Shown here in pieces: positions 34,791 to 55,395 of a stretch of 64,000 nt of DNA. The first letter of the stretch is position 1, and each line of letters starts with the position of its first letter. A program made the translations under genes and the position numbers. Below the pieces are notes generated by a model that had not been told where the DNA came from, did no database searches, and was given only the letters and a program-made list of their open reading frames with translations. This DNA comes from Macrostomum lignano (Eukaryota), in assembly GCA_002269645.1 (NCBI GenBank), contig NIVC01000029.1, forward strand, positions 248,001 through 312,000. The letters are read 5' to 3'.

Positions 34791-37435
34791 AAATGAGTGT
34801 CTTTCTGCGGCACCAAAATGAGTGTCTGTCTGAGGCGCTAAAATGAGTGTCTGTCTGCGGCGCCAAAATGAGTGGTCTGTCTGCGGCGCTAAAATGACTG
34901 CGGCGCCAAAATGAGTGTCTTTCTGCGGCACCAAAAAGAGTGTCTGTCTGAGGCGCTAAAATGACTGCGGCGCCAAAATGAGTGTCTGTCTGAGGCGCCA
35001 AAATGAGTGTCTGTCTGCGGCGCCAAAATGAGTGGTCTGTCTGCGGCGCTAAAATGACTGCGGCGCCAAAATGAGTGTCTGTCTGCGGCGCTAAAATGTG
35101 TGTCTGTCTGCGGCGCCAAAATGACTGCGGCGCCAAAATGAGTGTCTGTCTGCGGCGCCAAAATGAGTGTCTGTCTGCGGCGCTAAAATAAGTGTCTGTC
35201 TGCGGCGCTAAAATGACTGCGGCGCCAAAATGAGTGTCTGTCTGCGGCGCCAAAATGAGTGGTCAGTCTGCGGCGCTAAAATGACTGCGGCGCCAAAATG
35301 AGTGTCTGTCTGCGGCGCCAAAATGAGTGTCTGTCTGCGGCGCCAAAATGAGTGTCTGTCTGCGGCGCCAAAATGAGTGTCTGTCTGCGGCGCCAAAATG
35401 AGTGTCTGTCTGCGGCGCAAAAATGACTGCGGCGCCAAAATGAGTGTCTGTCTGCGGTGCCAAAATGACTGCGGCGCCAAAATGAGTGTCTGTCTGCGGC
35501 GCCAAAATGAGTGTCTGTCTGCGGCGCCAAAATGAGTGTCTGTCTGCGGCGCCAAAATGAGTGTCTGTCTGCGGCGCAAAAATGACTGCGGCGCCAAAAT
35601 GAGTGTCTGTCTGCGGTGCCAAAATGAGTGGTCAGTCTGCGGCGCTAAAATGACTGCGGCGCCAAAATGAGTGTCTGTCTGCGGTGCCAAAATGAGTGTC
35701 TGTCTGCGGCGCAAAAATGACTGCGGCGCCAAAATGAGTGTCTGTCTGCGGCGCCAAAATGAGTGTCTGTCTGCGGCGCCAAAATGAGTGTCTGTCTGCG
35801 GCACCAAAAAGAGTGTCTGTCTGAGGCGCCAAAATGAGTGGTCTGTCTGCGGCGCCAAAATGAGTGTCTGTCTGCGGCACCAAAAGAGTGTCTGTCTGCG
35901 GCGCCAAAATGAGTGGTCTGTCTGCGGCGCTAAAATGACTGCGGCGCCAAAATGAGTGTCTGTCTGCGGCGCTAAAATGTGTGTCTGTCTGCGGCGCCAA
36001 AATGACTGCGGCGCCAAAATGAGTGTCTGTCTGCGGCGCCAAAATGAGTGTCTGTCTGCGGCGCTAAAATAAGTGTCTGTCTGCGGCGCTAAAATGACTG
36101 CGGCGCCAAAATGAGTGTCTGTCTGCGGCGCCAAAATGAGTGGTCAGTCTGCGGCGCTAAAATGACTGCGGCGCCAAAATGAGTGTCTGTCTGCGGCGCT
36201 AAAATGTGTGTCTGTCTGCGGCGCTAAAATGTGTGTCTGTCTGCGGCGCCAAAATGACTGCGGCGCCAAAATGAGTGTCTGTCTGCGGCGCCAAAATGAG
36301 TGTCTGTCTGCGGCGCTAAAATAAGTGTCTGTCTGCGGCGCTAAAATGACTGCGGCGCCAAAATGAGTGTCTGTCTGCGGCGCCAAAATGAGTGGTCAGT
36401 CTGCGGCGCTAAAATGACTGCGGCGCCAAAATGAGTGTCTGTCTGCGGCGCTAAAATGTGTGTCTGTCTGCGGCGCCAAAATGACTGCGGCGCCAAAATG
36501 AGTGTCTGTCTGCGGCGCCAAAATGAGTGTCTGTCTGCGGCGCCAAAATGAGTGTCTGTCTGCGGCGCAAAAATGACTGCGGCGCCAAAATGAGTGTCTG
36601 TCTGCGGTGCCAAAATGAGTGGTCAGTCTGCGGCGCTAAAATGACTGCGGCGCCAAAATGAGTGTCTGTCTGCGGCGCCAAAATGAGTGTCTGTCTGCGG
36701 CGCCAAAATGAGTGTCTGTCTGCGGCGCTAAAATAAGTGTCTGTCTGCGGCGCTAAAATGACTGCGGCGCCAAAATGAGTGTCTGTCTGCGGCGCCAAAA
36801 TGAGTGGTCAGTCTGCGGCGCTAAAATGACTGCGGCGCCAAAATGAGTGTCTGTCTGCGGCGCCAAAATGAGTGTCTGTCTGCGGCGCCAAAATGAGTGT
36901 CTGTCTGCGGCGCCAAAATGAGTGTCTGTCTGCGGCGCCAAAATGAGTGTCTGTCTGCGGCGCAAAAATGACTGCGGCGCCAAAATGAGTGTCTGTCTGC
37001 GGTGCCAAAATGACTGCGGCGCCAAAATGAGTGTCTGTCTGCGGCGCCAAAATGAGTGTCTGTCTGCGGCGCCAAAATGAGTGGTCTGTCTGCGGCGCCA
37101 AAATGACTGCGGCGCCAAAATGAGTGCATGTCTGTCTGCGGTGCCAAAATGACTGCGGCGCCAAAATGAGTGTTTGTCTGCGGCGCTAAAATGAGTGTCT
37201 GTCTGCGGCGCCAAAATGAGTGGTCTGTCTGCGGCGCCAAAATGACTGCGGCGCCAAAATGAGTGCATGTCTGTCTGCGGTGCCAAAATGACTGCGGCGC
37301 CAAAATGAGTGTTTGTCTGCGGCGCTAAAATGAGTGTCTGTGGCGCTAAAATGAGTACGGCGCCAAAATGAGTGTTTACGGGCCAGAAAAAAGTGTCTGT
37401 GGCGCCAAAATGAGTGTCTGGCGCCAAAATGAGTT
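34780..37435. repeat. ~2.7-kb satellite of 25-bp (GCGGCGCCAAAATGAGTGTCTGTCT) and 17-bp (GCGGCGCCAAAATGACT) units
   Basis: Direct inspection; explains ORFs 34689-37485. Confidence 0.97.
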
Positions 37436-38084
37436 CTAGCTGCCGTGCTAAAATAAGTGCGGCGCATATGTGTAATAGACAACATCTACTACTAGTCTAC
37501 TACACTGCATCTTGACTGACAAGCTTAATTTCACAGACACATCGAATGAGTCTTCGATCAATTCAGCCTGGGGGTGAAAAATGATTTTGCTTTTCCAAAC
37601 ATAATTTACTGTGCATACGAGCTATACAAAACCGTTTTTTGACAGTCATATAGACTGTTGATTGGAACTTTTGAAGCGCACGTATGCTTCGTATGCTTAT
37701 GGTGTTCTAAGGATAGACTAAGCAATATTGATTTATAGTAGGCAAGAGTAAGTTAAGTAGTGTAGCATTTAATGAGATCGAATTTGGAACTATTAATGCC
37801 CATCATGCACTTTACAGTATTTGACGTGATATCCGAGACGATCTCTGCTTCTTGATCAAGGGAAACTTATACTTAATTTGATGTAAATCTAAGCTGCAAG
37901 CCATTAAATAAAGCCGTATAATTCTGCATGATGACAGGTTGACCAACGCAACCAACCCTGCAGATGTATCATTTGCATTGAAATTGAAGTCTATATATTT
38001 AATCTCGGATCAGGCCCAGCGAAAATCAGGATTCTTCAAACCTGCAAAGTATCATCTAGAAATCGATATAGCTAAACTCAAGCC

Positions 38085-42246
<4,162 letters not shown>

Positions 42247-42399
42247 TTTACACATTATGTGGAAGCAGAGTAGCTCAGGGGTAAAAGCACTGGGGCCACG
42301 ACCTGAGGCTATAACTATAACAATAATATTAATGAAAATAGTTGCAGTTCTGCCGGCATCCTGGCGCAACGCCGCCTTCGGCGATATTATCCCACATCC

Positions 42400-42561
42400 A
42401 GCCCCACAGGCACTCATTTTGCGCCATGAGGCAAACTTTTTGATTTCCATAACGGGTCACAAGGTGGGGCGCGGGGGGACAAAGCATTGACATGCCCCCC
42501 CCCATAGCTTTACTGGGGGGGGGGCATGTCCGCCCTGTCCTTCCTGGTGGCGACGCCCCTG
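42400..42561 (+). mobile_element. Right half of the hAT-type MITE family (as 5125-5422), downstream of the MFS stop
   Basis: GGCACTCATTTTG...GGGTCACAAGGTGG...ACAAAGCATTG.CATG...CATAGCTTTACTGGGG...TGGCGACGCCCCTG. Confidence 0.85.
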
Positions 42562-42859
42562 AGTTAGGGTTAGTCTTAGTAGGAAGAAATGTTTTGCTTT
42601 GTTAATAAACTGGTACGCGTAGATGAATGCTTGTTGTACCAAAATCGTAACGTCTGTTATTATTCAAACATTTTTTCATTTCTTAGTTGTCGTTAAATAT
42701 TTGAAGTTTAGCTAATATTACTTAACAGACTTTAGATATTTAGTATATGTGGATTACTTAATAAAATTTCATTTACATGCAATTCATTTGACAAAAAGCT
42801 TAAAACCAAATGACTAACTATACAACTATAATTATTGATATAACACACTTCTATACACT

Positions 42860-44440
42860 AATATATGTGACTTCATGTCAAACATTAAAGAGCCACCATG
42901 TCTAACATTAAAGAGCCACCATGTCAAACATATATGTGACTTCATGTCAAACATTAAAGAGCCACCATGTCTAACATTAAAGAGCCACCATGTCAAACAT
43001 ATATGTGACTTCATGTCAAACATTAAAGAGCCACCATGTCTAACATTAAAGAGCCACCATGTCTAACATTAAAGAGCCACCATGTCTAACATTAAGGAGC
43101 CACCATGTCTAACATTAAAGAGCCACCATGTCTAACATTAAAGAGCCATCATGTCGAACATTAAAGAGCCACCATGTCAAACATTAAAGAGCCACCATGT
43201 CAAACATTAAAAAGCCACCATGTAGATCATTAAAGAGCCACCATGTCAAACATATACGTGACTACATGTCAAACATATACGTGACTCCATGTCAAACACA
43301 TACGTGACTCCATGTGAAACATTAAAGAGCCACCATGTCAAACATTAAAGAGCCACGATGTCGAACATTTAAGAGCAACATGTTAAACATAAAAGAGCCA
43401 CCATGTCGAAAATTAAAGAGCCACCATGTCAAACATATACGTGACTACATGTCAAACATATACGTGACTCCATGTCAAACATTAAAGAGCCACCATGTCA
43501 AACATATACGTGACTACATGTCAAGCATATACGTGACTCCATGTCAAACATTAAAGAGCCACCATGTCGAACATTAAACAGTCACCATGTGAAGCATATA
43601 CGTGACTCCATGCCAAAAACATACATGACTCCATGTCAAACATTAAAGAGCCACCATGTCACACATTAAAGAACCACCATGTTGAACATTAAAGAGCCAC
43701 CATTTCAAGCATAAAAGAGCCACTATGTCAAACATTAAAGAGCCACCATGTCAAACATATACGTGACTACATGTCAAACATATACGTGACTCCATGTCAA
43801 ACATTAAAGAGCCACCATGTCGAACATTAAAGAGTCACCATGTAAAGCATATACGTGACTCCATGCCAAAAACATACATGACTCCATGTCAAACATTATA
43901 GAACATTAAAGAGCCACAATTTAGAACATTAAAGAGCCATGATGTCAAACAATAAAAAGCCATCGTTTCAAACAATAAAGAGCCACAATGTAGAACATTA
44001 AAGAGCCACCATGTCGAACATTAAAGAGCCACAATATGTAGAACATTAAAGAGCCACAATGTCAAACATTAAAGAGCCATCATGTCAAACAATAAAGAGC
44101 CACCATGTCGAACAGTAAAGAGCCACCATGTCGAACATTAAAGAGCCACCATGTCGAACGTTAAAGAGCCACCATGTCGAACATTAACGAGCCACGATGT
44201 CAAACATAAAAGAGCTACCAAGTTAGACATAGAAGAGCCACCATGTGAAACATATATGTGACTCTATGTCAAACATTAAAGAGCCACCGTTTCTAGCATT
44301 AAGGAGCCACCATGACAAACATAAAACTGGCACGATGTCAAACATTAAAGAGCCACCATGTAGAACATTAAAGAGTCACCATGCCAAACATTAAAAAGCC
44401 ACCAATTCAAACATAAAATAGCCACCATTTCAAACACAGG
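42860..44440. repeat. 23-bp satellite (AAACATTAAAGAGCCACCATGTC plus variant AAACATATACGTGACTCCATGTC), partly in a 69-bp higher-order unit
   Basis: Direct inspection; the 3-unit period is visible at 42860-43060. Confidence 0.95.
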
Positions 44441-44559
44441 AGAGACATTTTCAAACGTAATAAGAAGCGTCATGCCAATCATAAAGGAGCCCCTAGAAAG
44501 CTAAAAGGAAATGTTGCACTATATACTTTTTGTCTGGTGGATGCTTGCTATTTAAGGAT

Positions 44560-44782
44560 AGATACTTGCTATCAATTGGATGCTTGCTATCTGGGGGTTC
44601 TTTCTATCTGGGGTGCTTGCTATCTGAGGGATGCTTGCTATCTGGGGGTGCTTGCTATCTGGGGGTGCTTGCTATCTGGGGGTGCTTGCTATCTGGGGGT
44701 GCTTGCTATCTGGGGGTGCTTGCTATCTGGGGTGCTTGCTATCTGGGGGTGCTTGCTATCTGGGGATGCTTGCTATCTGGGA
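44560..44782. repeat. 17-bp minisatellite GCTTGCTATCTGGGGGT
   Basis: Period 17. Confidence 0.93.
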
Positions 44783-44984
44783 GGAGGGGGGATGTTTGCT
44801 GTCTTTGGATGTTTTCTTTTTGCATTGCGCTTCATTTGAGCAGTTTTTCTATTGTCTTTGTGAAGACTCTATTTGGCGGGTTTTTTTTATTTGTAGAGAA
44901 CAGAAGTTCTATCCAGATGTCCCCCATCGGGGGGCGAAGATTGCTAGTCTATACACTAATTTTGCGTTGTTTGTCTGTATTGTC

Positions 44985-45650
<666 letters not shown>

Positions 45651-46205
45651 TAATTGATTTTTAGAGAACCGTCTGGCCGTTTTTTAATTAGCTTTAAAAA
45701 ATATTCACTAAATTACAAATAAATTTAATAAATACATAAATATTCACTATATTTATTCAGATTTTCAGATATTTTCAGAATACAAATAAAAATAAATACT
45801 CACTCAATTAAAAATTACTCATTTTTTGGCGTCATGCATAACTTTGTTCAATTAAAAATTAAAATTAGAAGTGGGTCAAGTATTCTTTATTATTTTAAAT
45901 AGGCGCTCCGTTTGAATTTTAAATTTGAATGCCCCCCATGGGGGGCAAAGTTAGCTAGATGTTCCTAATTTTGATTCTGAAAAGTTTGGGACAAAACAGA
46001 ATACTATTTTGAAAGCTAAAATTGAAGGCAGTACAATTAAACACTCTTCGAAAATAAAACCGAAGGGAGGAGACCAAGATGGCTGAAATCGAGAATGGCT
46101 GAAACCCTGGCAAATTTTTAAACCATGGTGTTTTCAGAGACTTCTAAAATTAGCTAAACTATATCGGCCCATGAACTATATTCATCCATGTATCGGCCTC
46201 ATCCC

Positions 46206-46432
46206 GGGACGCTTTCATAAGACCTAAATTTCACAACGCCTAAAACCACCACACTTCACAACGCCTAAATTTCACAACGCCTAAAATCTTTGCTTCTCTC
46301 CTTCACATTCAGTTTTAGGTGTTGTGAAATTTAGGCGATATGAAATTTAGGCGTTGTGAAGGAGGCTGCATTTTCGATTTTAGGCGTTGTGAAATTTAGG
46401 CGTTGTGAAATTTAGGTCTTATGAAGCGCCCC
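46206..46432. mobile_element. MITE with long TIRs and an 8-9-bp TSD (Merlin- or Mutator-like)
   Basis: GGGACGCTTTCATAAGACCTAAATTTCACAACGCCTAAA... is mirrored at the right end; CTCATCCC occurs at 46198-46205 and 46433-46440. Confidence 0.88.
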
Positions 46433-46820
46433 CCTCATCCCTTATTCATATTCAGCCCTTTCGCAAATCCGTCAGTGTTATCTACGATTAGAAGTGTTGG
46501 AAGGTTGGGGTTATGACTCAGACAGTTCTAACAAATGGTGATGCGGGCCCAGCGTTATAGCGAGCGGATCCACCGTCTGTGCACAGATATATATTCGAAA
46601 AAATTATGAGTCATCGCATGGGTGGGGGGTTGACTCCGTGTCTATCGCAGGAGGGTGTGGGGGCCTACCATGACAGTTTGCGGACACAGTCCTGAAGCAG
46701 CACATGCAGGAGCCAGCGAGTTCTAGATTCTATTGATATGTACATTTTCAATCCCATTTTCTCTCTCCCTCTCTGGATCCACCCGCCCCCCCCCCAGTGA
46801 AGGAATGCCTTAATTCCAGG

Positions 46821-46828
46821 TATATAAG
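46821..46828 (+). promoter_or_regulatory. Candidate TATA box for the PLD-like gene
   Basis: TATATAAG ~117 nt upstream of the ATG at 46938. Confidence 0.45.
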
Positions 46829-46937
46829 GATAAGCCAGACGTGTGCCTCTCTGTTCAAGAAACTTCTTGCAAGCCGGCTCTTCGCTTGTTCTCCGTTAAT
46901 CTTCTACTTTTTCTTGTTCCTCTGTTTTAAAAGAAGC

Positions 46938-51233
<4,296 letters not shown>

Positions 51234-52398
51234 GTTAACGAAAAACTCAATATTTTCTGATGAGGACTTTTGTTAGTTTCTGATCCGTTTTTGAATGCGT
51301 TTTTTAAGGAATTGTTAATTTTGAATTGGTCGATTCTAATTTTGCTTCAACTCAACACGGAATGCATTCGTGTTTTATTTAATGATTTTCTAATGAAAGC
51401 TCATTTATTTTATGTTCGACGAAATTCACTGTTTGCTACTTTTAGTAGGCGGCTCGGTGTTTGTTACACTGAACATACAATTTTCACGTGTAGTACATGT
51501 AGCTCATGCGTGCAGCTATTGTTAGTATATTAGACTAGTAGTTTACGCCCCCTTCAGGGGGCCCTTAAAAAGTAGCAACTCAAATTTAATTTTCTTGAGA
51601 AAAATTCAGGTTGGCTGTAACCAAGGCTCACGGGGGGAATTGCTGAGATGTTGAGGCTAAGGTCAGAAGCTACGTGTACGTAGTTTATTAAAAATGTATT
51701 TCATTCTTTGTTGGCTCCCCAATGGGGGTCGCTGATTGTTTGTGTTTACTAAATGTTCAACTCTAAATTTACAATATGCCAAATATTTGTTTTTATTGAA
51801 TAGTTGTACAAATATCATTATGCGTTTTTAATCTTCAATTCAAGCAATCTACAGGTGTCTACATGTATATTTGCTATCAATTAATGGTGCTAATTTTAGT
51901 CGTAAGTGGTTTCTGAAGCCTTCCTGCAGTGAATTGCGTGTTTTACGTTTTCCTGTTTTAACAAAGTATTTTACTGTAAGCTATTTACTGTAAGCTATGT
52001 AAGCAAAACATTAGTAATGCCACCTGATTTTTAAGCTCTGGATCATTTTAGTTCGATTCACCAAACATGAACGAATGTGACAGATCAAGTTTGCGTAAAA
52101 TATATGGTAGCTCTACTCTAGACAAGATGATTTCGTCTATATTATTACAATGTACTCGTAGTGATGACTTTTATGTATAAAGTAGTGATGACCAATTGGA
52201 ACAACCATGTTATCAAAATCTGCTTGAAATAAAAAAGAAGTTGAGAAAGAAAAAAAGGAATGGATCAGCTAATCCATGAATTCTGACTCATTTAGATTGA
52301 CTTTATCTCGATTTGATGGGGATAGTTGCCTATATGTTCTAGGGATTTTGAGGGCATTCAGGCCACAGAAAGAAGAGCGTAAGGCCAAGGTCTATGGA

Positions 52399-52620
52399 CA
52401 GGGCGTCGCCATGGATTTTATGGTGGAGGGGACAAAGCCAAGAATTCTGCATCTACATCGTACATGACTAAATTCCTACATGTTCATTATTTTTTGAGAA
52501 TCGGTGCGGTCAGTGCTCATTTTGGCGCCGCAGGGACTCATTTTAGCGCTGCAGGCACTCGTTATAGCGCCGCAGGCACTTGTTTTAGCTCCACAGGCAA
52601 TCATTTTACCGTCACATGCA
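52399..52620 (+). mobile_element. Left half of the hAT-type MITE family with ~5 internal ~20-bp units
   Basis: CAGGGCGTCGCCATG.ATTTT.TGGTG.AGGGGACAAA.CCAAGAATTC matches 5125-5172, then GCAGGCACTCATTTTRGCGC-type repeats. Confidence 0.85.
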
Positions 52621-53652
52621 CTCTCCCATTGTCCCATTCCCCGCAAGCTCCTTCGAATTCTTTATTCACTTCATCTGACTCAAACAGTCTTCTGTTCTGT
52701 TTGCAAAATGGTAGTTCTTTTTCGTTCCAACCTTCTTAGCTTTCAGATTTGACATCCAACACTGTAGGGGAGATTCTCCATTCCGCAGATTCTTGTCACT
52801 TCCTTTTTAATCCAGAATCTCCATGCCTGACTTTCCATTGTCTTCTAATCTCCTACTATCCTACTGTCCTACTGATAGTAGCAAAATGAGGGTTTTTAAC
52901 CATTAAAGAGGGAATATTAGTTGCCAGATTTCACAGCTAATATATAGAGAGGTGGGACCTGTGCATGCGTCCAGTGGAGAAAATTTTCAAATTGTTTCAC
53001 AACAACACGCTGCAGCCGTTTACCTGCGTAACAGTTTATTTAATAGCAACAGCGCGCTCCGCTTTCAAAGCGCTTCAACGACCCAAAAGGAGGACTATCT
53101 ATAAAAGAAAGCAAGCAGAAATTAGCGTCAAATATCTGGGTCTTGGGCCGTTAGAAAACTTCAACAGCTTCACCCCAACCAGTTATATGATATAAAGGAC
53201 GCGCGCAATTTACCTTGAGCTTGTCTCTGGTCGGACTAGTTAAATACAATATAAGATGCCAAGGTAGGCTGCACAGTCAGCAAAGCCGCAGCCTATACAC
53301 TTAAAGAATTACGCTTCAGTGCTGTGACATAAACACCAACAGAAGTTTAATCGCGCACAGAACGCCGTAATCCTTAAACCCTTTATAACCAAAACCGCTT
53401 AAATGCCGAAATTACAGTATGGGTGGGCCTGTCTGTTAAACTGGATTTGGGTTCTTAAAACTGCTTACCGCTTCAAATTGGTGTTATGGCCATTTTATTT
53501 GTCCTGAAATTGGAGTAGAATGAAGTTGCCTTGAAATGGCATTGTGTGGAAGCTTCAATCAAGGGGTGAAAGGAAAATACATTGTGTTAAAAATCTATTT
53601 GGGATAATAATTTGGAATTTTAATGTTTTTATATTGTATTATTTGCTTTCAT

Positions 53653-54140
53653 CACCAGAGGCTTTAGCACCAGAGGCGCCAGCACCAGAGGCTTTAGCAC
53701 CAGAGGCGCCAGCACCAGAGGCGCCAGCACCAGAGGCGCCAGCACCAGAGGCGCCAGCACCAGAGGCGCCAGCACCAGAGGCGCCAGCACCAGAGGCGCC
53801 AGCACCAGAGGCGCCAGCACCAGAGGCGCCAGCACCAGAGGCGCCAGCACCAGAGGCGCCAGCACCAGAGGCGCCAGCACCAGAGGCGCCAGCACCAGAG
53901 GCGCCAGCACCAGAGGCGCCAGCACCAGAGGCGCCAGCACCAGAGGCGCCAGCACCAGAGGCGCCAGCACCAGAGGCGCCAGCACCAGAGGCGCCAGCAC
54001 CAGAGGCGCCAGCACCAGAGGCGCCAGCACCAGAGGCGCCAGCACCAGAGGTACCAGCACCAGAGGCGCCAGCACCAGAGGCGCCAGCACCAGAGGCGCC
54101 AGCACCAGAGGCGCCAGCACCAGAGGCGCCAGCTCCAGAG
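53653..54140. repeat. 15-bp tandem repeat GCACCAGAGGCGCCA, ~32 near-perfect copies
   Basis: Direct inspection; open in several frames (APEAP / GAGAS). Confidence 0.97.
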
Positions 54141-54817
54141 GCTAAATTCAGCCTGACCGACGAGCATTTTCGAATGCTGTTTCGTGGCCCTCCGCAGCAC
54201 AACCAACAACCAGCAGTTTTAATAAAGAGCTCAAATCCAATCAAGATTTACTACTTACTCGTAAATTATGCCACATCATATCGCACTGAATATTTAAGCT
54301 TCTGTGTACCGCTGTCTGAGATGCGAAACGTATTATATCAATAAGAGAGGTTGCAAAACAGAGTATAATTAATATTGCATGAATTTATTAAGGCAAAGAC
54401 GGTTCGATTGTTTTTATTTCATGATTTTTTGCGTTTCTATACTATGACATAGCGGCATAGATAATGTACAAATAGGTGCATAAATATAAGGCATTATATT
54501 TACAAAAGAATTAATTTCAAAGCAAAAATGATTGCAATAATAAACTGAACGAATGTTTTCATATTGTCTGGTGAAATTGTTTGTTTAAATCCAATTTCAA
54601 TTCACTTCAAAAGGGAGACTGATAAATAATCGTTCAAACACTCCAAAATTCATTATTAAGAAGTAAAACTCCCAATTAAGTTTTTTGGATGTTTAACGAT
54701 TGTTTAACTGTATCCCATTTGGCGCCAATTTGAATTCAAGATAAAATTTAACGAACACAACTAGACACACGAGCACTGATTGCTCCAGAATTCAAGGTTT
54801 TATTATCCACTCTGTTG

Positions 54818-55359
54818 TCAATAGCAGCCGCCTTGATGCGGCTGTGGCGGTGGCGGCACGAGAGCCTCTGAGTGATGATGATAGGCCTGGAAATTGTGAT
54901 GCTGTTGCTGCTGATGCTGCAGCTGATGTTGCTGTTGGTGATGGTGGAAGCCTCCAGGCCAGGGGTAGCTCGCAGCTCCGGTGCTGGCAGCGGCGGCAGC
55001 TGCGGCGGCAGCGGCTGCGGCAGCCGATCCGTAGTGATGGTGGTGGTGCACGCCGAAGTAGCAGCTGCTGGCAGCGGCGGCAGCAGCGGCGGCAGCCGCG
55101 GCACCAGCTGGCTGCTCCGGGTACTGACTGCACCAGCTGGTTGAGGACGAAGACTGTTGCACTACGGCCAAGCCGCAGCCGTGACAGTCCAGCTGATGAC
55201 TCATGCCAGGTTCTGTTGGTGTCAGAGCTGCCTGGTGATGCTGATGAGCTTGATGATGAAGCTCCGTGGTGTTGAACTCGCCAGAGGGTCCCAGTACGGG
55301 CGGGTAAGTCAGGTATTGCTGTTGGTGCTGCTGCTGAGGTTGGTATTGAGTTTGCAACA

Positions 55360-55395
<36 letters not shown>

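Noticed and set aside
42276-42400. CAGGGG at 42276 as the left end of the 42561 MITE
   Set aside because: The sequence after it does not match the family TIR and the flanking 8-mers are not duplicated.
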